A DNA stretch of 64,000 nucleotides from a candidate division WOR-3 bacterium (GTDB taxonomy: Bacteria; Hydrothermota; Tepidihabitantia; SM23-42; JAOAFX01), in assembly GCA_026416055.1 (NCBI GenBank), contig JAOAFX010000001.1:5833-69832 (forward strand), read 5' to 3'. Below, piece by piece: positions 43,833-53,974 of the stretch (position 1 is the stretch's first letter; each line of letters starts with the position of its first letter). Below the pieces are notes generated by a model. It was not told where the DNA came from and did no database searches. It saw only the letters and a list, made by a program, of their open reading frames with translations. The position numbers and the translations under genes are program-made.

Positions 43833-44930
43833 ATGTCAAAATTTATTACGAAAGTTCGGTCTACGCTTTTAAATCATGAAAATATAATAGAGATGCTGGT
43901 AAATAGAATAAAATCGAAAATGAGTTATTATATTTTGAAGACCCATGCCCTGGCACCTGAAACTATAAACATATATCCCACATTCCGATGCAACCTGAAA
44001 TGTGAAATGTGTTTCGAAAGATTTGCCGAGGTGGAAAAGGAACTCGACATCAACGACTGGCTTAGGATCATAGATGAAATCAAAAGATTTAAACCGAGGA
44101 TCCATCTCTCAGGTGGAGAACCATTTGTGTACAAAAAAATAATAAATATTATCGAAAAAATTAAAAACTCCCATCTTTATCTCCACATCACAACCAATGG
44201 TACATACCTTGAAGATTATGCAGCAGAATTAGTAAAATACAGGGTCAATCAGATTGACATCTCTATTGATGGTCCGGAAAATTTACATGACCGGATAAGG
44301 GGAGTGAGGGGAACATTTAATAAAATAATCAGAGGACTGGAAAAATTACACCATTTAAAAAAACATTTGCCTTTGATCAAGATCAATTCAATAATAAATT
44401 TAAGTAATCCCGCAACAATGGCTGAAATCATTCGGGTCGCAGAAGAATACAGGGCCTTAATGATTCAATTCATTTATCCTCTTTATCTCGATAATGGTGC
44501 AGTTGAGCACCATCAGAAATTTCTTATGGAAAAATTGAACAAAAAGATAAATTACTGGTGCTTTGCAAATCGCTATAAACCAGCGGGTGGTGATTTTTTC
44601 GAAATCCAGTCGGTTTTGAAGAGTTTCTCACAAAAAAGAGTATACATTGATGTATTCCCCCGGTTCAATGCAAAGCAATTTGATGCATTCTATAATTCAC
44701 CCGGGGAATTTAGTGTGATATATAAGGGGCGTTGCCGGGCAATGTGGGATACCGCTACGATATTACCTGATGGTGACTTAGAATCCTGCCCAGATTATGT
44801 AGTGGGCAATATTAAAAATGAGAGTTTCTCTACAGCATGGAATAATGAGAAAATGAAGTATCTGCGCATGCTCATTCTTAACAAAAATTTCTTTTCTGTT
44901 TGCCGTGCTTGTTGTTTCTATTATCAGTAG
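43833..44930 (+). CDS. radical SAM enzyme with a C-terminal SPASM/twitch-like Cys-rich domain
   Basis: FRCNLKCEMCF (CxxxCxxC), GGEPF, and C-terminal CRAMWDTATILPDGDLESCPD...VCRACCFY. Confidence 0.7.
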   Translation: MSKFITKVRSTLLNHENIIEMLVNRIKSKMSYYILKTHALAPETINIYPTFRCNLKCEMCFERFAEVEKELDINDWLRIIDEIKRFKPRIHLSGGEPFVYKKIINIIEKIKNSHLYLHITTNGTYLEDYAAELVKYRVNQIDISIDGPENLHDRIRGVRGTFNKIIRGLEKLHHLKKHLPLIKINSIINLSNPATMAEIIRVAEEYRALMIQFIYPLYLDNGAVEHHQKFLMEKLNKKINYWCFANRYKPAGGDFFEIQSVLKSFSQKRVYIDVFPRFNAKQFDAFYNSPGEFSVIYKGRCRAMWDTATILPDGDLESCPDYVVGNIKNESFSTAWNNEKMKYLRMLILNKNFFSVCRACCFYYQ

Positions 44931-45011
44931 CAAGAAATCCTGCAATCATCTTTCCACCACGACCCATCTTGATTTTTTTCATTTATTCAGATATAGTTTA
45001 TAAGCAAGGAT

Positions 45012-46694
45012 ATGAATTTCTTAAAGCGAAAAAAAGAATATACATTGCTTGTACTTCTGATAATAATTATCGCTACCTACCTCCGGTTTACAGGTTTTAA
45101 CTGGGCATTGCCCCAGAAGCCTTATTATCGTGCTGGATACCAGGATGAAGCCTTTGTCATCAACATGATACTAACGATGAACCCGAAAGATTACAATCCC
45201 CATTATTTTATAAATCCTACTTTCCATTACTACATTTTACTTTTGGCAACCAAACTCAGCCATGCCCTCGGGTATATCAAAAATTTTTCCCAACCAGTTA
45301 TGACCAATCTCCAGGGGCATCCGATAGAAAAGATGACCCTGAATGATTATCAGAAAATGTATGAAGTCTGCCGGTTGATTGCGATAATTGAAGGAATTCT
45401 AACTGTGTTACTCCTTTATTTCATTGGCAAAAAACTTTATGATGAAAAAACCGGGATATTCACTGCGTTTATCTTTTCAATCCTTCCCACTCATGTTTTT
45501 CAGTCCCATTTCTTTGTTGTTGACGCGCCAGCCGTATTCTGGGAGATGTTATGTTTTTATTATCTCGTTAAGGTCGTTGATAAAAATGGTATCAGCAAGA
45601 AATGGTTTATTATAAGCGGGATATTACTCGGTCTTGCACTCGGAACAAAATATATGAACCTTTTATTGATTTTTCCTTTTTTAACTATAAACTTATTAAG
45701 CAGGCGAAAAATAGAACTAAAAGAATTGCTCATTACATTTACAATAATGATGCTCGTATTTTTATTTACAACTCCGCACTCAATACTCTCTTGGCGCGAG
45801 TTTCTTTTTGGTAATCCTGATGGCTTCGGCGGAATCTTTGGAGAAAAGGGATTGTTTGCCTATAACCGGTATCCCACAAATCCGTTTAAACCATTCATTT
45901 ATGTAATTTATTATTCTTTAAGAATCCCACTTGCAGTCCTTGCATTTATATCCCTTGGTTATGTAATTTACCGGAGGAACACATCGGATAAGATAATTTT
46001 ATCTTTTCTTGTGCCATTTTATGTAATAATGGCAATATCACCGTCTCCCCATCTCCGCCATGCCCTGCCTGCCTTGCCTTTTCTTGCAATTGCCATTGCA
46101 ACTTCAATAATAAGTCTGGCAAGGGTGATAAAAAATAGATTTTTACTTTACTCCTTTGCTGGTTTTACTGCAATCGCACTTATTTATACATTTCTGTTTA
46201 CAATCGCCATGCTGGACAGAATGAATCTCCCTGATACACGTCTTGTTGCTGCAGATTGGATTTTCAAAAATATCCCGGCACGGACCCCATTCGGTGTCGC
46301 CACTGTAATGCCATTCAGATACACGCCGCCCATCGAAATGCCTGGATATGACGGTAATGATTTCGGACCTACTGATGAAAAAATTTTACTGAACCTCTAC
46401 TATATTTTTATCAAAACCAATTACGATTATTATTCTCTGCTCCATTTCTGCCCGGAATATTTCCTCATATCCCAGGTGGAATGTGAGGAATTACCATATA
46501 ATGAAGTGGGTGAGGTTAATGGCCGTAATTTTATTCGCCAGCTGTTCAGCCAGAAACATTATAAACTAATCAAAATTTTTGAAAGAAAATTTAATATCCT
46601 TGGATTTAAATTCCATCCTGATTTTCCTAATTTAGACTGGAATCCTGTCAGTCAGAAGATATATCTTTTCAAAAAAAATTTTAATCCAGATTGA
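45012..46694 (+). CDS. GT-C fold glycosyltransferase (family 39 / ArnT-PMT-like)
   Basis: 560 aa, more than 10 TM helices, and a loop-1 acidic motif GYQDEAFVIN. Confidence 0.6.
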   Translation: MNFLKRKKEYTLLVLLIIIIATYLRFTGFNWALPQKPYYRAGYQDEAFVINMILTMNPKDYNPHYFINPTFHYYILLLATKLSHALGYIKNFSQPVMTNLQGHPIEKMTLNDYQKMYEVCRLIAIIEGILTVLLLYFIGKKLYDEKTGIFTAFIFSILPTHVFQSHFFVVDAPAVFWEMLCFYYLVKVVDKNGISKKWFIISGILLGLALGTKYMNLLLIFPFLTINLLSRRKIELKELLITFTIMMLVFLFTTPHSILSWREFLFGNPDGFGGIFGEKGLFAYNRYPTNPFKPFIYVIYYSLRIPLAVLAFISLGYVIYRRNTSDKIILSFLVPFYVIMAISPSPHLRHALPALPFLAIAIATSIISLARVIKNRFLLYSFAGFTAIALIYTFLFTIAMLDRMNLPDTRLVAADWIFKNIPARTPFGVATVMPFRYTPPIEMPGYDGNDFGPTDEKILLNLYYIFIKTNYDYYSLLHFCPEYFLISQVECEELPYNEVGEVNGRNFIRQLFSQKHYKLIKIFERKFNILGFKFHPDFPNLDWNPVSQKIYLFKKNFNPD

Positions 46695-46719
46695 CAAGGC
46701 ACAATTATTTCAATATAAT
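46691..46719 (+). promoter_or_regulatory. promoter TTGACA-N17-TATAAT; leaderless guaB
   Basis: The -10 ends at 46719 and ATG is at 46725, so the predicted TSS (~46726) falls at the start codon. Confidence 0.55.
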
Positions 46720-46724
46720 AATAA

Positions 46725-48188
46725 ATGAAAGAATTTAAAATAAAAGAAGGCTTGACTTTTGATGATATTCTGTTAATACCCCAATATTCCGAAGTCTTAC
46801 CCCGGGATTGTGAAGTCAAAACAAAATTCTCCCGACATATTAATCTCAATATCCCTCTGGTAAGTGCAGCAATGGATACCGTTACTGAATCCGCAATGGC
46901 AATTGCCCTTGCCCAGGAAGGTGGCATCGGTGTCATCCATAAAAATCTGAGTATCGAAGAGCAACAGAGAGAAGTACGTAAAGTAAAAAGGGCAGAAAGC
47001 TGGATAATCATGGACCCTATTACCGTTACTGAAAATATGACAGTGAAAGAAGCGAAGGATTTAATGGAGAAAAATGCTATCTCCGGAGTAGTAGTCGTTG
47101 ACAACGAATACCATCTCGTCGGAATGTTGACGAATCGCGATATCATCTTTGAAGACAATTTAAACAAAAAAATAAAGGAAGTGATGACGCGTGAGAAACT
47201 TGTTACTGCACCTGTAGGTACAACCCTGGAGCAGGCAAAGAAAATTATCAAAAAACATAAAATTGAAAAATTACCCATCCTGGATAAAAACGGTAGGTTA
47301 AAGGGTTTGATAACGGTGAAGGATATAACCAAAAAAATGGAGCACCCCAATGCCATTGTGGACAGAACCGGTAGATTGCGCTGTGCAGCAGCGGTAGGGG
47401 TAGAAAAAAGAACTCTGGATCGCGTTGCCGCACTCATTGAAGCCGAAGTCGATGCCGTTGTGATTGATGTTGCCCATGCCCATTCTCTGAGTGTAATAAA
47501 TCTTATTAAAGATATTCGGCAAAAATTTCCTGATATTGAGCTTGTCGCAGGTAATATCGGTTGTCCCGAGGCTGCTGAATATCTTGCCAGGCTTGACGTG
47601 GATGCGATAAAAGTAGGCATTGGACCGGGTTCTATATGTACAACCCGAATCATAGCTGGAATAGGTGTTCCCCAGGTGACTGCGATAATGGAATGTGCAC
47701 GGGTGGCAAAGAAATATAATATTCCTGTTATTGCCGATGGTGGCATCAGATATTCTGGAGATATTGTCAAAGCCCTTGCCTGTGGTGCCTCAAGCGTTAT
47801 GATTGGTAACCTGTTCGCAGGCACAGAAGAGAGCCCTGGTGAGACGATTCTACTTGAGGGAAGGAGGTATAAAGAATACCGGGCAATGGGTTCTTTATCT
47901 GCGATGCGCCGTGGTTCTGCTGATAGATATTTTCAGGAAGTAACTAAAAAACTTGTGCCTGAGGGGGTTGAGGGAAGGGTGCCCTATCGGGGTTATGTGA
48001 AAGATGTAATATTCCAGTTGATCGGAGGTCTGAAATCAGGGATGGGTTATTGTGGAGCAAAGGACATCAAAACCCTGCAGCAGAAAGCACGGTTCATTAA
48101 AATCAGTCCTGCAGGATTGAGGGAAAGCCATCCCCATGATATCACCATAACCAAGGAAGCACCAAATTATGAAATCAGAGGGATTTAG
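46725..48188 (+). CDS. guaB: IMP dehydrogenase
   Basis: LTFDDILLIPQYS, a CBS pair, GIGPGSICTTR catalytic loop, 487 aa. Confidence 0.92.
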   Translation: MKEFKIKEGLTFDDILLIPQYSEVLPRDCEVKTKFSRHINLNIPLVSAAMDTVTESAMAIALAQEGGIGVIHKNLSIEEQQREVRKVKRAESWIIMDPITVTENMTVKEAKDLMEKNAISGVVVVDNEYHLVGMLTNRDIIFEDNLNKKIKEVMTREKLVTAPVGTTLEQAKKIIKKHKIEKLPILDKNGRLKGLITVKDITKKMEHPNAIVDRTGRLRCAAAVGVEKRTLDRVAALIEAEVDAVVIDVAHAHSLSVINLIKDIRQKFPDIELVAGNIGCPEAAEYLARLDVDAIKVGIGPGSICTTRIIAGIGVPQVTAIMECARVAKKYNIPVIADGGIRYSGDIVKALACGASSVMIGNLFAGTEESPGETILLEGRRYKEYRAMGSLSAMRRGSADRYFQEVTKKLVPEGVEGRVPYRGYVKDVIFQLIGGLKSGMGYCGAKDIKTLQQKARFIKISPAGLRESHPHDITITKEAPNYEIRGI

Positions 48189-48936
48189 TCCCCCTTTTTC
48201 AGAAATCGCACCTTATTACGATAGATTGATGTCTTTTATAAACTATCAATCCTGGGTGAACTATATTGAACGAATAATAATGATACACAGGATTGAAGAA
48301 AAATTAATACTGGACATTGCCTGCGGCACTGGAGTCTGTCTCGAACTCTGGCTGAAAAAAGGTTATAATGTAATAGGACTCGACGGTTCTGAGGCTATGC
48401 TTGAGATTTCAAGAAATCGCTTTGATTATGAACTATTCAAACAGGGACGGGTTAAATTATTAAAGAGTGACATGCGTAACTTCTCACTGGATGAACCGGT
48501 ACCGGTAATCACCTGTCTTTATGACAGCCTTAATTACCTTTTGACACCTGACGAGTTATACAGTTGTTTTAAATCGGTGTATGAAAACCTGAAAAGTAAT
48601 GGTCTTTTTATATTTGATATGAATACTATTCATGCCCTTCAGGTAGAATGGGGAAATCAAACTTTTGAAAGAAGGGACGGACCGATCCACTCAATATGGA
48701 ATAATGTCTTTGACCCCCATACTCGGATTTCCACACTAAGATTGACTCTTAATATCTATGAGAATGGCCAGATAAAAACGATCAAGGAACTCCATCAGGA
48801 GAAGGCCTATTCCCTTGATGAAATAAGAAAATTGGCAGACGATGCAGGATTCAAAATTTCACTCTACCGCCATCTCACGTTCAAACCGGCCTGTGAAATG
48901 GACACAAGAATAATGGGTGTCGCAATAAAGTTATGA
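48169..48936 (+). CDS. class I SAM-dependent methyltransferase
   Basis: LDIACGTGVCLE motif I, 255 aa. Confidence 0.7.
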   Translation: MKSEGFSPPFSEIAPYYDRLMSFINYQSWVNYIERIIMIHRIEEKLILDIACGTGVCLELWLKKGYNVIGLDGSEAMLEISRNRFDYELFKQGRVKLLKSDMRNFSLDEPVPVITCLYDSLNYLLTPDELYSCFKSVYENLKSNGLFIFDMNTIHALQVEWGNQTFERRDGPIHSIWNNVFDPHTRISTLRLTLNIYENGQIKTIKELHQEKAYSLDEIRKLADDAGFKISLYRHLTFKPACEMDTRIMGVAIKL

Positions 48937-50156
48937 TTGCTGATTTGCATATCCATTCACGATTTTCACGTGCCACATCCCAGGAAATGACCATCCCCAG
49001 GATAACTGAATATGCAAAGTTGAAAGGCATCGGCATGGTCGGAACCGGTGATTTTACCCATCCTGAATGGTTGAAAGAGTTAAAGGAATATCTTCAATTC
49101 AAAGATGGGGTATATGAGTATGCCGGTGTAAAATTTGTACTTACCACTGAAGTTAATAATATCTACACAAAAAATGGAAAACTGCGAAGAATCCATAATA
49201 TCATCTTTGCCCCTGATTTTTCTACAGTGGAACGGATAAATGAATACCTTGCCAGGTACGGGAAGCTTGAAATAGATGGCAGGCCCACACTCTCTTTACC
49301 TGCTGATGAAATGTTGAAGGCATTGATAGACATTTCTGCCGATATCTTCTTAGTACCTTCCCATATCTGGACTCCCTGGTTTTCTCTCTTCGGTTCAAAT
49401 TCTGGTTTTGATACCATCGAGGAATGTTTCGGTCCATTATCAGAGAAAATTTTTGCCCTTGAAACTGGGCTGTCATCTGATCCGGCAATGAACTGGCGGC
49501 TATCAGCCCTTGACAGGCATACATTGATCTCAAATTCGGACGCCCACTCACCCAATAGACTGGGACGCGAAGCAAATGTCTTTGCCGGAGATTTAGACTA
49601 CTATGGCTTGATGAGTGTATTAAAAAACAAGGACAGGACAAAATTTCTGTACACTATCGAATTTTATCCCGAAGAGGGAAAGTATCATTATGACGGACAC
49701 CGGCGCTGTCAGGTAAGGCTATCACCAAAAGAAGCAAGGATGAATAACAACCTCTGCCCGATCTGTTCTAAAACGATAACTGTGGGGGTATTACACAGGG
49801 TCGAAATCCTTGCCGACCGACCAGAAGGATTCGTCCCAGAAAATAGCATCCCATATAGAAATCTCATTCCACTTGAAGAAATTATCGCCGAGGCACTCGG
49901 TATTGGAAGGGAAAGCGTGGCAGTCAAGAATGAGTACATAAGACTTTGTAAGATGTTTGGTAGTGAATTTGAAATCCTGCTCAATACTCCGATAGAAGAT
50001 TTAAGAAATAATACCCATGAAAGGATAGCCCTGGGGATTGATCTTGCCCGCAAAGGGAAGGTGATTATAAATCCCGGGTATGATGGTGAATTCGGGATAA
50101 TCAAACTCTTTGAGCAGGCACAGTCTGAACCCACAGCCCAGCTCGGGTTATTTTAA
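48933..50156 (+). CDS. endonuclease Q family protein (PHP-like domain plus zinc finger)
   Basis: MIADLHIHSRFSRATS, VGTGDFTHP, SNSDAHSPNRLGREAN, GKYHYDGHR, CPICS, PGYDGEFGII. This motif order is the one I recall from Pyrococcus EndoQ. Confidence 0.7.
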   Translation: MIADLHIHSRFSRATSQEMTIPRITEYAKLKGIGMVGTGDFTHPEWLKELKEYLQFKDGVYEYAGVKFVLTTEVNNIYTKNGKLRRIHNIIFAPDFSTVERINEYLARYGKLEIDGRPTLSLPADEMLKALIDISADIFLVPSHIWTPWFSLFGSNSGFDTIEECFGPLSEKIFALETGLSSDPAMNWRLSALDRHTLISNSDAHSPNRLGREANVFAGDLDYYGLMSVLKNKDRTKFLYTIEFYPEEGKYHYDGHRRCQVRLSPKEARMNNNLCPICSKTITVGVLHRVEILADRPEGFVPENSIPYRNLIPLEEIIAEALGIGRESVAVKNEYIRLCKMFGSEFEILLNTPIEDLRNNTHERIALGIDLARKGKVIINPGYDGEFGIIKLFEQAQSEPTAQLGLF

Positions 50157-50338
50157 CCGAAAAAAGTTGGAGGGCTAAAGTCCTGTCCCAAATTTTGCCT
50201 TAATCAAAAACGAAACGATTGTACCTGCAGGCTTTAGCCTGCGGATAATATTTGAAATCATAAAAAATCTTCAGGTTTGCATTTATTGAGTATCTCTGCT
50301 CATTTGTTTGAGTTAATTTTTTGATTTAAATCGTAATC

Positions 50339-50366
50339 TTGACATTTGTTTTATTTTAAATAAAAT
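50339..50366 (+). promoter_or_regulatory. promoter TTGACA-N16-TAAAAT; near-leaderless fabG
   Basis: The -10 ends at 50366 and ATG is at 50372. Confidence 0.5.
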
Positions 50367-50371
50367 TGATT

Positions 50372-51103
50372 ATGGTGCTCGACGGAAAAATAGCACTTAT
50401 CACAGGCGGAGCGAGTGGAATTGGTGCAGCGATTGCACAAAAATTTGTGCAGAATGGTGCAAGTGTGATTATCGTGGATGTGGATGAAGAACTGGGGAAG
50501 GCGACAATTCAAAATATCGGTGAAAGAGCCTATTTCTATCCTCTAAATATCGCGGATGAAGATTCAGTCAACACCACCATTGATAGAATCATGGGCGAAT
50601 TTACCAAGGTTGATATTCTGATTAATAATGCCGGTATCACCAATGACCGATTGCTCATTCGCATGACAAAGGAAGACTGGGATAAAGTAATCAGCGTAAA
50701 CCTTACCGGAACTTTCCTGGTGACCCGGGCTGTTGTAAAATATATGATGAAACAACGTTTCGGCCGGATAATAAATATCGCTTCTGTAATCGGTTTGATT
50801 GGAAATGCTGGACAGGCAAATTATGCAGCAAGCAAGGCAGGAATTATTGGATTTACAAAATCCTGTGCCAAGGAATTAGCATCCCGGAATATTACAGTGA
50901 ACGCAATTGCTCCGGGATTTATTGAAACAAGGATGACCGAAAAACTGCCCGAAGCGATAAAACAGGAGTATTTTAAATTAATCCCCTTGGGCAGATTCGG
51001 TAAGCCAGAAGATGTAGCAAACCTGGCTTTGTTTCTGGCGTCAGACCAGGCCGATTATATAACAGGTCAGGTAATCGCCATTGATGGCGGAATGGTAATG
51101 TAA
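50372..51103 (+). CDS. fabG: 3-oxoacyl-ACP reductase
   Basis: [19 protein letters not shown] and YAASKAG SDR motifs. ATG 50372 is preferred over TTG 50366, which overlaps the -10 box. Confidence 0.85.
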   Translation: MVLDGKIALITGGASGIGAAIAQKFVQNGASVIIVDVDEELGKATIQNIGERAYFYPLNIADEDSVNTTIDRIMGEFTKVDILINNAGITNDRLLIRMTKEDWDKVISVNLTGTFLVTRAVVKYMMKQRFGRIINIASVIGLIGNAGQANYAASKAGIIGFTKSCAKELASRNITVNAIAPGFIETRMTEKLPEAIKQEYFKLIPLGRFGKPEDVANLALFLASDQADYITGQVIAIDGGMVM

Positions 51104-51119
51104 AAAGAAAGGAGAGAAA

Positions 51120-51359
51120 ATGGCAATATTTGATGAAGTCAGAAATATCATTGTGGAACAGCTCCACGTTCCACCAGAAAAAGTCAATCCTGATGCAAAA
51201 TTTATTGAGGATCTTGGTGCGGATTCTCTCGATACCGTGGAATTAATCATGGCTTTCGAAGAAAAATTCAATATTCAAATCCCTGAGGAAGACGCCCAGA
51301 AGCTTGATACCGTTGGCAAGGCGATTGCCTATCTAGAAGAAAAACTTAAATCAAAATGA
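51120..51359 (+). CDS. acpP: acyl carrier protein
   Basis: [18 protein letters not shown] phosphopantetheine-attachment motif. Confidence 0.9.
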   Translation: MAIFDEVRNIIVEQLHVPPEKVNPDAKFIEDLGADSLDTVELIMAFEEKFNIQIPEEDAQKLDTVGKAIAYLEEKLKSK

Positions 51360-52597
51360 AAAGGGTAGTTGTAACTGGCCTTGGGATAATAACACCCCTG
51401 GGTAATGATGTGCCGACGAACTGGAACAATATGCTCCAGGGGAAGAGTGGAATTGATTTAATCAAATCTTTCGATACAACTAATCATGCTGTCAAGATTG
51501 CCGGTGAAGTAAAGGACTTCCATCCAGAAACAAAACTCGATCCCAAGTCGCTCAAAAGACTTGACCGCTGTGTTCAATTATGTCTTTGGGCAACGCTTGA
51601 GGCTGTTGCTGATGCAGGGATTGATTTTGAAAAATATGATAAAACCGATATAGGTGTCATCATCGGTTCCGGGATAGGAGGATTGCTCACCTGGGAAGAT
51701 GAACATATCAAATTTTTGAACCAGGGTCCAGCCCGTGTTTCTCCGTTTTTAATTCCGATGATGATTCCGGATATGACATCCGGTTATGTCGCCATCCACT
51801 ATGGCCTGAAAGGACCCAATTACACCACGGTCTCTGCCTGTGCTTCAGGTGCCCATGCAATAGGTGTGGCGTTTAGAGAGATAAAATTAGGCAATGCCTC
51901 GGTAATCATCACCGGAGGTTCAGAAGCACCAGTGACACCATTTGCCCTCGCTGGTTTCAGCAATATGCGTGCCCTTTCCCGGCGCAATGATGAACCCCAG
52001 AAGGCTTCAAGACCATTTGACAAGGATCGAGATGGGTTTGTAATGGCTGAAGGTGCAGGTATACTAATCCTTGAAGAATTAGAATTCGCAAAGAGGCGTG
52101 GTGCAAAGATCTATGCCGAGGTCGTTGGCTTTGGAGCCACAGGCGATGGCTACCACATCACCGCCCCTTCACCAGAAGGTGAGGGTGCTCGTCGGGCGAT
52201 GGAAAGGGCAATCAGGGAAGCAGGATGTCCAAAAGAGGCGATTGATTATATCAATACCCATGGAACGTCTACCGACCTCAATGATAAATTTGAGGCGAGG
52301 GCAATCAAGGACCTTTTTGGTGAGCATGCGAAGAATATCTGGCTCAATTCAACCAAGTCCATGATCGGTCACACCCTTGGTGCCGCAGGTGCAATTGAAG
52401 CGATTGTAACCATTCTTTCAATCCATGAACAGATTCTCCATCCTTCAATAAATCTTGAAAATCCTGATCCTGAGTGTGAAGGATTGAATTTTGTGGTGAA
52501 AGAAGCAAGAAGAGCAAAGATTGATTATGCCCTTTCTAACTCACTGGGATTTGGTGGACACAATTCCACATTATGTTTCAAAAGATATTCTGAATGA
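51356..52597 (+). CDS. fabF: 3-oxoacyl-ACP synthase II
   Basis: VSACASG active-site Cys and the HGTST / GHTLGAAG motifs, 413 aa. Confidence 0.9.
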   Translation: MKRVVVTGLGIITPLGNDVPTNWNNMLQGKSGIDLIKSFDTTNHAVKIAGEVKDFHPETKLDPKSLKRLDRCVQLCLWATLEAVADAGIDFEKYDKTDIGVIIGSGIGGLLTWEDEHIKFLNQGPARVSPFLIPMMIPDMTSGYVAIHYGLKGPNYTTVSACASGAHAIGVAFREIKLGNASVIITGGSEAPVTPFALAGFSNMRALSRRNDEPQKASRPFDKDRDGFVMAEGAGILILEELEFAKRRGAKIYAEVVGFGATGDGYHITAPSPEGEGARRAMERAIREAGCPKEAIDYINTHGTSTDLNDKFEARAIKDLFGEHAKNIWLNSTKSMIGHTLGAAGAIEAIVTILSIHEQILHPSINLENPDPECEGLNFVVKEARRAKIDYALSNSLGFGGHNSTLCFKRYSE

Positions 52598-53181
52598 AAG
52601 AGAAGGTGGTAATTGGAGTGGGGGGTAATATCGGTTCAGGCAAGACAACCGTGGCAAAGATATTTAGTGATTATGGCATGATATACATCTCGGCTGACAA
52701 AATAGGCTGGCGTGTATTACCCGAAATTGCAGAAGAACTTAGAAACCATTTTGGTGATGGAATATTCTCCGGTGAAAAAATCAATCGCGAAAGACTCCGT
52801 GCTTTAGTATTTTCCAATCGCAAATATTTAAAGATACTCAACGCTCTTTCCCATCCAAAATTGATTGAAAAGCTAAACGGAAAGATCGACCGTATCCGTA
52901 AGGGCATGGTAGTTGTAGATGCTGCGCTCCTTTTTGACTGGAAAGAGTTATTAAAAAAAATTGATTACCCCATTCTTGTGAAAGCACCGTTAGTCCTTAA
53001 AAAGAAACGGGCTATTAAGAAAGGAATTCCGGGACCAATTTTCGACCGGATATTAAAATGTCAGAAAACTGAGCGGGAAATGGCTAAGGCAGCAAAGTTT
53101 GTGATAAATAATAATAGCACCATTGGGCAACTTAAAAAACAGTGCCTGAGGATTTTACAGGAGATAAAAAATGATTGTTGA
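52594..53181 (+). CDS. coaE: dephospho-CoA kinase
   Basis: IGVGGNIGSGKTTV P-loop, 195 aa. Confidence 0.75.
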   Translation: MKEKVVIGVGGNIGSGKTTVAKIFSDYGMIYISADKIGWRVLPEIAEELRNHFGDGIFSGEKINRERLRALVFSNRKYLKILNALSHPKLIEKLNGKIDRIRKGMVVVDAALLFDWKELLKKIDYPILVKAPLVLKKKRAIKKGIPGPIFDRILKCQKTEREMAKAAKFVINNNSTIGQLKKQCLRILQEIKNDC

Positions 53182-53776
53182 ATGCAGTAACTGCCATTCA
53201 AAATATAATGTTGATGAAAACAAAATACCACCGGCTGGCGTAAAGGTAAAATGTCCGAAATGCCAGAACATCATGACTATTAAAAAAGAAATATCCCGGG
53301 TTACACCAGTGCCTGAACAACCAAAACCCCCCCCTCCACCTCCACCAAAGGTAGAACCACCCCCCCCACCAAAAGTAGAACCACCGCCTTCACCGGTACC
53401 CGAGCCTACAGTGCCACCACCGCCCGAGCCAAAAATTCCTGAACCACCCAAGGTTGAGGTTCCTTCCTCGACCCAGGGTGTTGAAATCATTTCCAAACCT
53501 CAACCCCAGCCAGAAATGAGTGAAGAAGATAAAAAGTGGCACGAAAGGGCAAGAAGGCTCGCCAAGGCACTCGCCTCTGACCTGGTGCTCTACAATCAGG
53601 AAAAAGTAGAACAGGGTCTGCGTGATGGAACACTTGCACAGTTGCTCGGTGCCGAAATTAAACGCTCCTGGGAGTATTATTGCCAGCAAATTCCTAAACA
53701 TATTGTAGAAAGCACTGATTATTTTCGTGAGCAATTAAATAAAATCGTAGGTAAAGGGAAAGAGATCTTTCGGTAA
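53171..53776 (+). CDS. MJ0042-type zinc-ribbon protein with a Pro-rich linker and conserved C-terminal helical domain
   Basis: MIVECSNCHSKYNVDENKIPPAGVKVKCPKCQN, then a PPPKVEPPP tandem repeat, then ...RARRLAKALASDLVLYNQE... Confidence 0.55.
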   Translation: MIVECSNCHSKYNVDENKIPPAGVKVKCPKCQNIMTIKKEISRVTPVPEQPKPPPPPPPKVEPPPPPKVEPPPSPVPEPTVPPPPEPKIPEPPKVEVPSSTQGVEIISKPQPQPEMSEEDKKWHERARRLAKALASDLVLYNQEKVEQGLRDGTLAQLLGAEIKRSWEYYCQQIPKHIVESTDYFREQLNKIVGKGKEIFR

Positions 53777-53974
53777 ATGTTAATAAAGAATTATCCCGAT
53801 AAATACATCAAGTCTTTTACATTGTTTTAAATTATAAACCCTCTGCTAAAAAGACTTGTTGGTAGTAAACGGACATAATATCTTATATTGATGGCAAGTT
53901 AGACTTTGAGAAAATCCTAATTTAAATGAATATCAGGATACTTTGGAAACAGAAAAAATGATTAAAAAGGAATC

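Noticed and set aside
44900-45100. 66-aa ORF between the radical-SAM gene and the GT-C gene, considered as a possible RiPP precursor
   Set aside because: It overlaps the 3' end of the radical-SAM gene and the 5' end of the GT-C gene in other frames. It has no SD and no Cys/Ser/Thr-rich core or leader-like features.
46652-47824. 390-aa ORF on the minus strand
   Set aside because: It lies entirely antisense to guaB, whose translation is an unmistakable IMP dehydrogenase. The antisense product is low-complexity (S/T/A/I-rich) with no motifs. It is a shadow ORF.
53330-53400. Short tandem repeat (CCACCAAA(G/A)GTAGAACCACC x2)
   Set aside because: It lies inside a CDS and encodes the PPPKVEPPP linker. 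It is not a CRISPR or regulatory repeat. No CRISPR-like array was seen anywhere in the window.
53155-53496. 113-aa Gly-rich ORF on the minus strand (GGGGTVGSGTGEGGG...)
   Set aside because: It is the reverse complement of the Pro-rich linker (PPPKVEPPP repeats) of the zinc-ribbon protein on the plus strand, so it is an artefact of CCN/GGN symmetry.
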